A stretch of 26,196 bases of DNA, from the IMG/VR virus record IMGVR_UViG_3300037313_001414, positions 1 to 26,196 of that record; one strand, given 5' to 3'. The notes under the pieces are model-generated. The model did not search any database. It was given only the letters and a program-made list of their open reading frames with translations, and had not been told where the DNA came from. Shown here one piece after another: positions 1 through 6,203 of this stretch (positions within the stretch are counted from its first letter, which is position 1; the number at the start of each line of letters is the position of its first letter). Made by a program: the position numbers and the translations under genes. The stretch is from a virus (lineage: Duplodnaviria > Caudoviricetes).

Positions 1-2
1 GC

Positions 3-335
3 TATCTGTTGGGACGCCTTGTGACGCGCGACATGCTACAGCCATTCAGAAGCGCACGCTTTGAGGAAGTCAAGACGGCCGGCCTTAACGACTGGGAGTT
101 GTTTCTACTTGAGGACTTCGTACCCAAGCATGCCGGCGGCACGCCGCTGCTTAAGGATGCCCAGGAGGCGATTGAAGAGGCGCGCCTGCTGAAGAAGGCA
201 CCGGGCTGGCGGAAGTTCGCTGACTTGTCAAAGAAGTTCCCTGACATGTTCCGAGTCATGCAGCGGAAGAACGGTGGGGCGCGCATTCTAGTGGTTCCAA
301 GAGAGCCGAAGGGGTTTGGCGGTCATGAGGGGTGA
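3..335 (+). CDS. C-terminal part of probable phage primase/SF3 (D5-like) helicase, 5'-truncated by window edge
   Basis: Frame is open from position 3 (YLLGRLVTRDMLQPFRSARFEEVK...WELFLLE). The pattern resembles the post-ATPase C-terminal region of phage primase-helicases, and it is immediately followed by an iteron/AT-rich origin-like element. Family call is inference. Confidence 0.45.
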   Translation, partial: YLLGRLVTRDMLQPFRSARFEEVKTAGLNDWELFLLEDFVPKHAGGTPLLKDAQEAIEEARLLKKAPGWRKFADLSKKFPDMFRVMQRKNGGARILVVPREPKGFGGHEG

Positions 336-368
336 TTTTAAATTGGAACAGTTTAAGTTCATGGACGC

Positions 369-701
369 GGAAACCGCCTCCGAATCCAAAGTAACCGGAC
401 GGAAACCAGTTAGGAAACCACTATATCTTGTTGAATTTGTTGATGGAAACCGGAAACCACCCAAAATGGCACTTTACCGCCAGTAATACAGTATATCTTT
501 CTATTTCTGATTTCTCTTTTACTGGTTTCCTAAGAAAAATAAGAAAATAGAGAAATATAAGTAATCGTTATTAAAGAGAAAAAATGAAAATTAAAGGTAA
601 CCAGTTTAACTGGTTTCCGGGTGGTTTCCTAATTAAAAAGCGGTTTCCATCAATGATTTCAAGGGGGTAAAGTGGTTTCCAATAATAAAATCAATAGCTT
701 A
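369..701. repeat. Inverted iteron array around an AT-rich core; putative replication origin
   Basis: GGAAACC at 369, 401, 413, 445, 452; reverse complement GGTTTCC at 524, 612, 623, 642, 674; variant GGTAACC at 596. Perfect longer inverted pairs at 440-452/641-653 and 410-421/621-632. AT-rich pyrimidine/purine tracts at about 490-595. IHF-consensus AATCAAtagcTTA at 689-701. Confidence 0.7.
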
Positions 702-751
702 GGTTTTAAGGGTCAAACTCTAGCTTTGGGCTCAACCACTAGATTGAGGGG

Positions 752-1288
752 TCAGGCGCTCTCGTTCTGGCGGGCAACTGCCATTAGCGCGGCAGAAATG
801 GCTTGTACGAGCTTTGTGTCGAAGTTAGCTGGTAGACCATTAACTGTCACAACTGTCTCGCCTATGGGCAAAACAACCGAGTTATAGCCCATTTTAGAAG
901 GCGCCCCTCGGGCCGGTTTCTGGGGCTCGGATACAGCATCGATGTCGCGAAAGCGCAGCGCCTCGGTTGTCTCCTGGCTAGGCAACTTTGTACCAAGGAC
1001 AGCGTGGGCCACATCCTTCATGGAATACTTCCACTCGAAGGTTGAATGGAGGGGTTGAGCGCGGATGACGAGCTTTCCGGCGCCCGCGCGCTGTAGCAAG
1101 TCGAATCGCTTCATCATGTCGGCATCGGTGAAAAAGATGCCGCCTTTGCCCAAGGCGAGTTTCAAGCGATAGATATCGGTGACGTCGCGCGAGTTGCGCA
1201 GGAGTAGTTCCTTGAAGATAGGTTTGCCAGCGACGTCATCGCCTAATAAGCCTTGCAACTTCTGCACAACTGCACTTGGTAATGCCAT
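752..1288 (-). CDS. Hypothetical protein (possible winged-helix-like DNA-binding protein)
   Basis: ORF 752..1339; preferred start is ATG 1288 (MALPSAVVQK), preceded by SD-like GAGAGGG and a sigma70-like promoter upstream. Confidence 0.7.
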   Translation of the reverse strand: MALPSAVVQKLQGLLGDDVAGKPIFKELLLRNSRDVTDIYRLKLALGKGGIFFTDADMMKRFDLLQRAGAGKLVIRAQPLHSTFEWKYSMKDVAHAVLGTKLPSQETTEALRFRDIDAVSEPQKPARGAPSKMGYNSVVLPIGETVVTVNGLPANFDTKLVQAISAALMAVARQNESA

Positions 1289-1337
1289 TGAATATACCCT
1301 CTCACTTTGACGGTTTAAGGCCAACAGTATTAGGGTC

Positions 1338-1366
1338 AATCTAAGTTGGAAGACTTAAATTGTCAA
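1338..1366 (-). promoter_or_regulatory. sigma70-type promoter TTGACA-N17-TAGATT
   Basis: On the minus strand, -35 TTGACA (1366-1361), 17-nt spacer, -10 TAGATT (1343-1338), upstream of the 1288 start. Confidence 0.6.
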
Positions 1367-1431
1367 TTGTGTCTTTTAACTGTCAAACGATTTAGCTGTT
1401 TGGCTAATTGGCGGCAGCTAATTGACAACAA

Positions 1432-1698
1432 TCAATAGTTTTTATTTAACGTGTGACTGGCAAGATAGTCACGGCCGAGCGCCGTTACGCTGAAGGTCTC
1501 AAGACTGAAGTAGCCCATGTGTTCAAGTTCGTCCGCAAGATGCTGCTCGATGAAGGAGAAAAACGAAGGATGTTGAAGGAGCCCATCAAGCAGTTCGATT
1601 ATCGTTTGGTTGTCTAGCATACGCCCCTCTTTATTACATCCATCATAAAAATCGTTGCGCGATGTGTCAAGGGACTTACTTAACTGCTTTGAATTCAT
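1432..1698 (-). CDS. Small hypothetical protein, winged-helix-like C-terminus
   Basis: SD GGAG before ATG 1698; alternative start 1620 with GAGGGG. The C-terminal ELEHMGYF...SVTALGRDYL matches the typical wHTH wing motif (T..G..YL). Confidence 0.6.
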   Translation of the reverse strand: MNSKQLSKSLDTSRNDFYDGCNKEGRMLDNQTIIELLDGLLQHPSFFSFIEQHLADELEHMGYFSLETFSVTALGRDYLASHTLNKNY

Positions 1699-1825
1699 GG
1701 ACTACTCCAATCGATTACGGACCACTGAGAGTAGTTTAAAAAAGAATCTGACAAGTGTCATCAAAAAACACACTCGTTAAGTATATCGGTGTAGTACACC
1801 ATTTAAGTACACCTTGAAAGTGTAG

Positions 1826-1854
1826 TAGACACACGAAGTTAGTACACTTAGCAT
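1826..1854 (+). promoter_or_regulatory. Putative sigma70 promoter TAGACA-N17-TAGCAT embedded in AGTACAC repeats/inverted repeats (operator)
   Basis: TAGACA at 1826-1831 and TAGCAT at 1849-1854. AGTACAC at 1793, 1806, 1841 and AGTAGAC at 1824. Palindrome GGTGTA-G-TACACC at 1788-1800; inverted repeat at 1818-1824/1843-1849. Confidence 0.5.
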
Positions 1855-1862
1855 GTGAATAA

Positions 1863-2087
1863 ATGGTGAAGAAGCCGCCCGCTAAAGAGCTATCAATAGA
1901 AGAGATGAAAGCCGCGCTTCAACAAGCAGGTTATGACGTCAAGCGCCGGGTCACTTACGTCAGACACACATTCGTTGTTGAAGAGGGTGTTTATCGTGCG
2001 TTCCGCGAGCTGGTTGAAAAGCAGGGAGTCGCGCTCCAAGACGCTGTTACCGAAGCTTTCTTGTTGTGGGTTGAACGTCAACGTTAG
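1863..2087 (+). CDS. Ribbon-helix-helix (CopG/Arc-like) DNA-binding protein, paralog 1
   Basis: Beta strand VRHTFVV followed by two amphipathic helices (YRAFRELVEKQG / LQDAVTEAFLLW); colinear with 5651..5854. Confidence 0.7.
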   Translation: MVKKPPAKELSIEEMKAALQQAGYDVKRRVTYVRHTFVVEEGVYRAFRELVEKQGVALQDAVTEAFLLWVERQR

Positions 2088-2182
2088 TTGTGGGTTGAAC
2101 GTCAACGTTAGTTGCGGGTGGAACGTCAACGTTAGTTGCGGGTGGAACGTCAACGTTAGTTGCGGGTGGAACGTCAACGCTA
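2063..2182 (+). repeat. Tandem repeat, 5 x 24 bp (GTTGYGGGTKGAACGTCAACGYTA)
   Basis: Units start at 2063, 2087, 2111, 2135, 2159 with no spacers; read directly from the sequence. Confidence 0.95.
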
Positions 2183-2247
2183 ACTGATGTCCAAGTGTCA
2201 ATCGTGACACAGTTGAATTACGCGCCCAATCAACCGACAATATTCCA

Positions 2248-2466
2248 ATGAGAAACCTCATTCTGTTTTCATTCGCAGTCGTTTCAACAAGCTGTTCGAC
2301 GCTCACACCCGACCAATGGCGCACGATGGGCGACGGCATGCAAGATACAAGCAGGCAGATTTCGTCACAGAGTCAGCCGCCCCAAAGGCAGCTCCAAAAC
2401 AGCACGCCTCAACAGTGCGTCTATCGCCCTGATGGGTACGGCAACGTAACGCGAACTTGTTACTAG
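2248..2466 (+). CDS. Small lipoprotein (possible superinfection-exclusion or envelope protein)
   Basis: MRNLILFSFAVVSTSC has a basic N-terminus, hydrophobic stretch and lipobox-like Cys16; Q-rich linker; C-terminal CxYRPDGYGNVTRTCY. Confidence 0.65.
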   Translation: MRNLILFSFAVVSTSCSTLTPDQWRTMGDGMQDTSRQISSQSQPPQRQLQNSTPQQCVYRPDGYGNVTRTCY

Positions 2467-2781
2467 GATAGGGGGGTCGGAAACGCGTTTTTTCTGGCCC
2501 TGAATCCGAATTCGAAATTTTGTCCCAATTGGAACCTCTGAGTTTCGGAGATTTTTTGCTCGATTGGAATTCCCTTTAATTTCGGTTTTCAGACTGGGCG
2601 CATGTCGTTTGCGACACAGTTTTACAGTTGGCACGATTATCCAGCGCGCGTAACTGTCAATCGATGACGGGTATGCACGACCGGGCAAGAAGCCGTTACA
2701 AGTCGAAAGCGGCCCGCTTATAGCCTGTTATTCTTACCACTAGGTAAGCAACTCTCGTTCATTCCCTCCGTTCAAGTGCGT

Positions 2782-2982
2782 CTATCTGTCTCCTTCATAG
2801 AATGCTTCGGCCCGCATAATAGCGCGCTCGAATGCCTCCAATTCCAATCGGTCCGCATATTCCAATTGCATCCAATCTAACTCGCTATCAGGCACCTCAT
2901 TATCGGTATCCGTATAGCGGCCGCATTCCAGGTATGCCGAGCCGTCGCGATTGAATGCAACTTCGCATTCACACTCACGCAT
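2782..2982 (-). CDS. Small acidic hypothetical early protein
   Basis: ORF 2782..3012; SD GAGGG before ATG 2982 (alternative 3003); D/E-rich. Confidence 0.65.
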   Translation of the reverse strand: MRECECEVAFNRDGSAYLECGRYTDTDNEVPDSELDWMQLEYADRLELEAFERAIMRAEAFYEGDR

Positions 2983-3110
2983 GTTTCTATCCCTCAAAAG
3001 CATAGAATTCACTTCCTTTCAATGCCGCAACCCCATGCCGCATTGACGGCATAGGGGAACAGCAAATTGATTTTAATCGGCCGATATCAATAGATACCGA
3101 AACTCAACAG

Positions 3111-3335
3111 CTAGCCGGATATCAATCCCATCTTAATAGTCGTTTCACATACGTCCCTATCGGTCACGACTTGACCGGCAAAATCATGCTGGGAAACGTA
3201 TCTAATCTGAACTAGTTCGCCTTTGCAGTTATACGTTTTTAAAATATCGACAACCGTACACACACGCGGATATTTCCCGCGCGTTTTATATTTAGTACCA
3301 ATAGAAAATAAAGCTTCTCGATTTTCGTTACTCAT
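3111..3335 (-). CDS. Small hypothetical early protein
   Basis: Strong SD GGAGGT before ATG 3335 (MSNENREALFSIGTKYKTRGK...). Confidence 0.75.
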   Translation of the reverse strand: MSNENREALFSIGTKYKTRGKYPRVCTVVDILKTYNCKGELVQIRYVSQHDFAGQVVTDRDVCETTIKMGLISG

Positions 3336-3461
3336 AACAGACACCTCCAATTCAATCCGAACCAATGCCCATTAAGCCCAGGCGCCGCATTGCAAGCAAC
3401 TCACGCATGCGATGACGACGGCCATGCATTCCGAAACAAATCATTAGGCGCAACATATGCT

Positions 3462-3629
3462 TCACTCCGCCTGTTCTTCACGTTTCCCAATAGCAACCAA
3501 TTCAGCATACGAGTTGTCTCTAAGCGCCCACCCGTGAATTTCGATTGCACGCATGGCAAAATAGTCGTCACTATCCTGTTCAAAATCGTCCGAGTCACCT
3601 TGATATAAAAACAATTCTTTTTTAGTCAT
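3462..3629 (-). CDS. 55-aa acidic hypothetical protein (not in ORF track)
   Basis: Translated by hand: MTKKELFLYQGDSDDFEQDSDDYFAMRAIEIHGWALRDNSYAELVAIGKREEQAE*; SD GAAGGT; same orientation as its neighbours. Confidence 0.65.
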   Translation of the reverse strand: MTKKELFLYQGDSDDFEQDSDDYFAMRAIEIHGWALRDNSYAELVAIGKREEQAE

Positions 3630-3716
3630 AAGACACCTTCTTTCAACGCCCCAAGCCCGCCGTCGTCCGTAGACAACAGAAGGCGTGAAGCTTTCGAATT
3701 TTTCGAGCGCAATTGA

Positions 3717-4106
3717 TTAGGCGAACAGTTTCAGCTGTTGCGCCTGTTCTCGTATATTCCGTGCAAGTTCAGTCAAGGCGTTCTCCACCATCGAATAATC
3801 GCGAACAGTTTCATTGACGCTGTTCTCGAACGGTTGATGATTGAACGCATTATTGGAACAAAGGTGGCAACCGCCGAGAATATCTAACCCTTCAATTCCA
3901 TATGCGCGCGCCGTGACGGAAATAATTCCGATGAACAGTTCGCCGCGTTCGAAACGACGGACGTACACTTCTTCAAGTTCTTTATTGTCGAACGAAATAT
4001 CGTCTCGAACGTTCGTTTCACCATCCTCTTCAACTTCAATCGTCACTTCCGCCGAGATTTTAATTCCGTTAACTTCAAGGTCACGTTTTTCAGTTTTAAA
4101 AATCAT
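3717..4106 (-). CDS. Acidic hypothetical early phage protein
   Basis: 129-aa ORF with SD GGAGG upstream; globular-looking sequence. Confidence 0.8.
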   Translation of the reverse strand: MIFKTEKRDLEVNGIKISAEVTIEVEEDGETNVRDDISFDNKELEEVYVRRFERGELFIGIISVTARAYGIEGLDILGGCHLCSNNAFNHQPFENSVNETVRDYSMVENALTELARNIREQAQQLKLFA

Positions 4107-4161
4107 AAATTCAATCCTCCAATGCGTTTTAACTGTCTATACTGTCAATTTGCGACCGCGA

Positions 4162-4251
4162 CTATTCCCATACCGGAATCAAAGCCAGCACGGCGGCAGT
4201 TGCGATTCCAAAACAATTCAACATATCAGGCGTAAATATTAGGTGACTCAT
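4162..4251 (-). CDS. 29-aa hydrophobic peptide (not in ORF track)
   Basis: MSHLIFTPDMLNCFGIATAAVLALIPVWE*; SD GAGGT; directly downstream of the promoter at 4276-4304. Confidence 0.5.
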   Translation of the reverse strand: MSHLIFTPDMLNCFGIATAAVLALIPVWE

Positions 4252-4275
4252 ATTTCTAACCTCATTTCTAAATAC

Positions 4276-4304
4276 AGAATACAGCTAAGTGTCATAAGTG
4301 TCAA
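4276..4304 (-). promoter_or_regulatory. sigma70-type promoter TTGACA-N17-TATTCT overlapping tandem TGACACTTA repeats
   Basis: Minus strand -35 TTGACA (4304-4299), 17 nt, -10 TATTCT (4281-4276). Confidence 0.7.
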
Positions 4305-4329
4305 TGTATTTGTATAAAAAATAACCTAT

Positions 4330-4455
4330 TTAATTCCAATCAGTTACGTAAACATATGGCTTTGTCGGCATTATATTCGCTGAATTCACCACGTAATAAG
4401 ACCAGCTAGAATTCAATACAGCGTCCCAAAAATCACTTGAATAACTCATAGGCAT
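4330..4455 (-). CDS. 41-aa hypothetical peptide (not in ORF track)
   Basis: MPMSYSSDFWDAVLNSSWSYYVVNSANIMPTKPYVYVTDWN*; SD GGAGGT. Confidence 0.5.
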   Translation of the reverse strand: MPMSYSSDFWDAVLNSSWSYYVVNSANIMPTKPYVYVTDWN

Positions 4456-4466
4456 AACCTCCGTGT

Positions 4467-4700
4467 TTAGCATCCGTATAAATAGATAAGAGCGGCGCCG
4501 ACTGCGGTGAATAGAACCGAGTCAATCGAAATGAAGCCCGCTTCTCTTGTTTCGCCTGATTTAAGGCCATACCGGCATTCCAATTCGCCGTTTATAAAAC
4601 ACGCTATAATTTCGCCGTTTTCGCTGATTAGATATTCAGTTCCAATACCAGTGAGTTTTTGAATATCAGTAGACACGACTATTACATTTTTACGTTCCAT
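4467..4700 (-). CDS. Hypothetical protein with C-terminal membrane anchor
   Basis: SD GAGGT before ATG 4700; hydrophobic C-terminus VLFTAVGAALIYLYG. Confidence 0.7.
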   Translation of the reverse strand: MERKNVIVVSTDIQKLTGIGTEYLISENGEIIACFINGELECRYGLKSGETREAGFISIDSVLFTAVGAALIYLYGC

Positions 4701-4742
4701 ATACGTACCTCTTTTCGAACGCGATAGTTATTACCGAGCGAA

Positions 4743-4829
4743 CTATCGAATGATTACAGTGAAGCCAAGGTCCTGTAACATTCGAAGGTCCTTAAGACTG
4801 ATTTTCGAAACAATAATTACGTTGTTCAT
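4743..4829 (-). CDS. 28-aa peptide, first gene of leftward cassette (not in ORF track)
   Basis: MNNVIIVSKISLKDLRMLQDLGFTVIIR*; no SD; a promoter-like AAGACA-N17-GACACT lies 6 nt before the ATG. Confidence 0.45.
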   Translation of the reverse strand: MNNVIIVSKISLKDLRMLQDLGFTVIIR

Positions 4830-4903
4830 GTCTTAAGTGTCTCGCAAACGGTCATAACTGTCTTGTAAAGATGTCTTGACCTCTGTTAACGTGATACAAT
4901 TCG

Positions 4904-4920
4904 TTGGCATGATTCTTGCG
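4904..4920 (+). promoter_or_regulatory. sigma54 (-24/-12) consensus site
   Basis: TTGGCATGATTCTTGCG: GG (4906-4907) and GC (4918-4919) at canonical spacing. Confidence 0.4.
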
Positions 4921-5029
4921 TTATGCTACCGCTTTTTTCACGCGATGGAATAAACCCAATAGCTGAAAAGTGGCTTTTGAATGCCGGACCTGATGTCAAT
5001 GTATTGAAGTACATTATTAAACGTAATGA

Positions 5030-5042
5030 TATCAATAAGTTA
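5030..5042 (+). promoter_or_regulatory. IHF-consensus site WATCAANNNNTTR
   Basis: TATCAAtaagTTA is a perfect match, in a non-coding AT-rich stretch. Confidence 0.4.
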
Positions 5043-5387
5043 AGGCAATTTACTTCCCATAGACCGACTGGAATGCATGCCGCATTGTTTGCAACCTCAA
5101 TCCCCAAATCATTCCTAAGTACCGGAAACCCCAAGTCTTTTCCTTAAAGCGCCCAATCTTAACAGCTTTGGTACCATTAAATCGATTGATGGTGATAAAA
5201 AAGCCAATGATTTCAAGCACGAGAGTCTAAGTCCGCGTTTTTTAAGGGGGCGCGTGGGAGCCCGCTCGCCGCTCACGTTCAAGTGGTTGTCGCCTAAATG
5301 CGGGGTCCATTTTTAGAGAGACCCCCGCTCCTCGTTACAGGAAGGGTAGGGGCGCGTCCGCTTACCGCCGGGCGCCCAGACCGTCGT

Positions 5388-5417
5388 TTGACAGTTAGCC
5401 GGCCGGGCGGTTACAGT
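5388..5417 (+). promoter_or_regulatory. sigma70-type promoter TTGACA-N18-TACAGT
   Basis: TTGACA at 5388-5393, TACAGT at 5412-5417, ATG 6 nt downstream. Confidence 0.6.
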
Positions 5418-5423
5418 CGGGTT

Positions 5424-5654
5424 ATGAAGCTTCTCGACAGTATGGCGTTCGACGCCGCCGACTCGTACTGCGACTGTAAAGAGGACGAACCGTGCGTCGC
5501 TAATGCATACATGGAAGGCTACAAGGCAGGCTTCCGCAAGGCGCGGGAAATGGCAGCCAACCTCGTCTATAACTACGACACCGATTCAAACGACCATGTT
5601 CGCGTGAACTGCTCGAACGCCATCGAGGAAATGGGCGAGGAAGAAGTCGGATGA
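5424..5654 (+). CDS. Small acidic hypothetical protein
   Basis: Preferred start ATG 5424 (MKLLDSMAFDAA...AYMEGYKAGF); stop overlaps the next start (ATGA). Confidence 0.7.
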   Translation: MKLLDSMAFDAADSYCDCKEDEPCVANAYMEGYKAGFRKAREMAANLVYNYDTDSNDHVRVNCSNAIEEMGEEEVG

Positions 5655-5854
5655 AAAAATCTACCGACAAACTAATCGAATTACTCAAATCCCAAGGATA
5701 CGTAGTTAAAAAGAAAACCGAATACGTTAAGAAGACAATGGATATTGACCCGGAGTTATTGAAAAGGTTAAGCGCCCAATTACATAAAGAGAATCTGACT
5801 CTGCGCGAAGCAATTAACGGAGCCATTAAACAATGGTTGGAGAATCGAAAATGA
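5651..5854 (+). CDS. Ribbon-helix-helix (CopG/Arc-like) DNA-binding protein, paralog 2
   Basis: VKKTMDIDPELLKRL...LTLREAINGAIKQWL is a classic RHH pattern; ATGA-coupled on both sides. Confidence 0.75.
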   Translation: MKKSTDKLIELLKSQGYVVKKKTEYVKKTMDIDPELLKRLSAQLHKENLTLREAINGAIKQWLENRK

Positions 5855-6198
5855 CCCCAATCGACACAACCAAGCCAGGCCGCGAACTCGACGCACTCGT
5901 TGCTGAGAAGGTGATGGGTTGGTCCGATTGTCGCTTTAAAGACGGGCGCGTTGTTGATGGGCTCGGAAGAGACCAATACAATAAGACCGCCCAATCAATT
6001 CCACATTACAGCACCGACATCGCCGCCGCTTGGTTGGTTGTTGACGGGTTAATGGCTCAAGGCCTTTCATTCCTCTTAGGTAAGGAATCGGTTGTGTGGC
6101 GAGCGCGATTTTATAAAGGTGATGGGGGCGTGACAATGCCGGGAGACACCGCGCCACACGCCATCTGCCTTGCTGCATTGAAAGCATGTGGTATGTAA
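5851..6198 (+). CDS. Phage ABA-sandwich (BC1872-like) domain protein
   Basis: Recognised motifs GRELDALVAEKVMGW, PHYSTDIAAAWLVV, TAPHAICLAALKA; start ATG 5851 overlaps the upstream stop. Confidence 0.8.
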   Translation: MTPIDTTKPGRELDALVAEKVMGWSDCRFKDGRVVDGLGRDQYNKTAQSIPHYSTDIAAAWLVVDGLMAQGLSFLLGKESVVWRARFYKGDGGVTMPGDTAPHAICLAALKACGM

Positions 6199-6203
6199 TT
6201 CAA

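Noticed and set aside
1778-1810. sigma28 promoter (CCGATA on minus strand)
   Set aside because: The TAAA element is not at the canonical 15-nt spacing.
2063-2182. 24-bp repeats as a mini-CRISPR array
   Set aside because: Units are directly abutting with no unique spacers, and no cas genes are present.
1893-2339. Minus-strand 148-aa ORF and plus-strand 1933..2187 ORF
   Set aside because: They are open mainly because of the in-frame 24-bp repeat, overlap better-supported genes and lack an SD.
2680-2720. Twister-like GTTACAAG motif
   Set aside because: Could not build the twister P1/P2 helices or pseudoknots; only a weak 6-bp hairpin.
4886-5147. Overlapping ORFs 4886..5134 (-) and 4923..5147 (+)
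   Set aside because: No SD, and the region is rich in regulatory-type motifs, so it is treated as non-coding.
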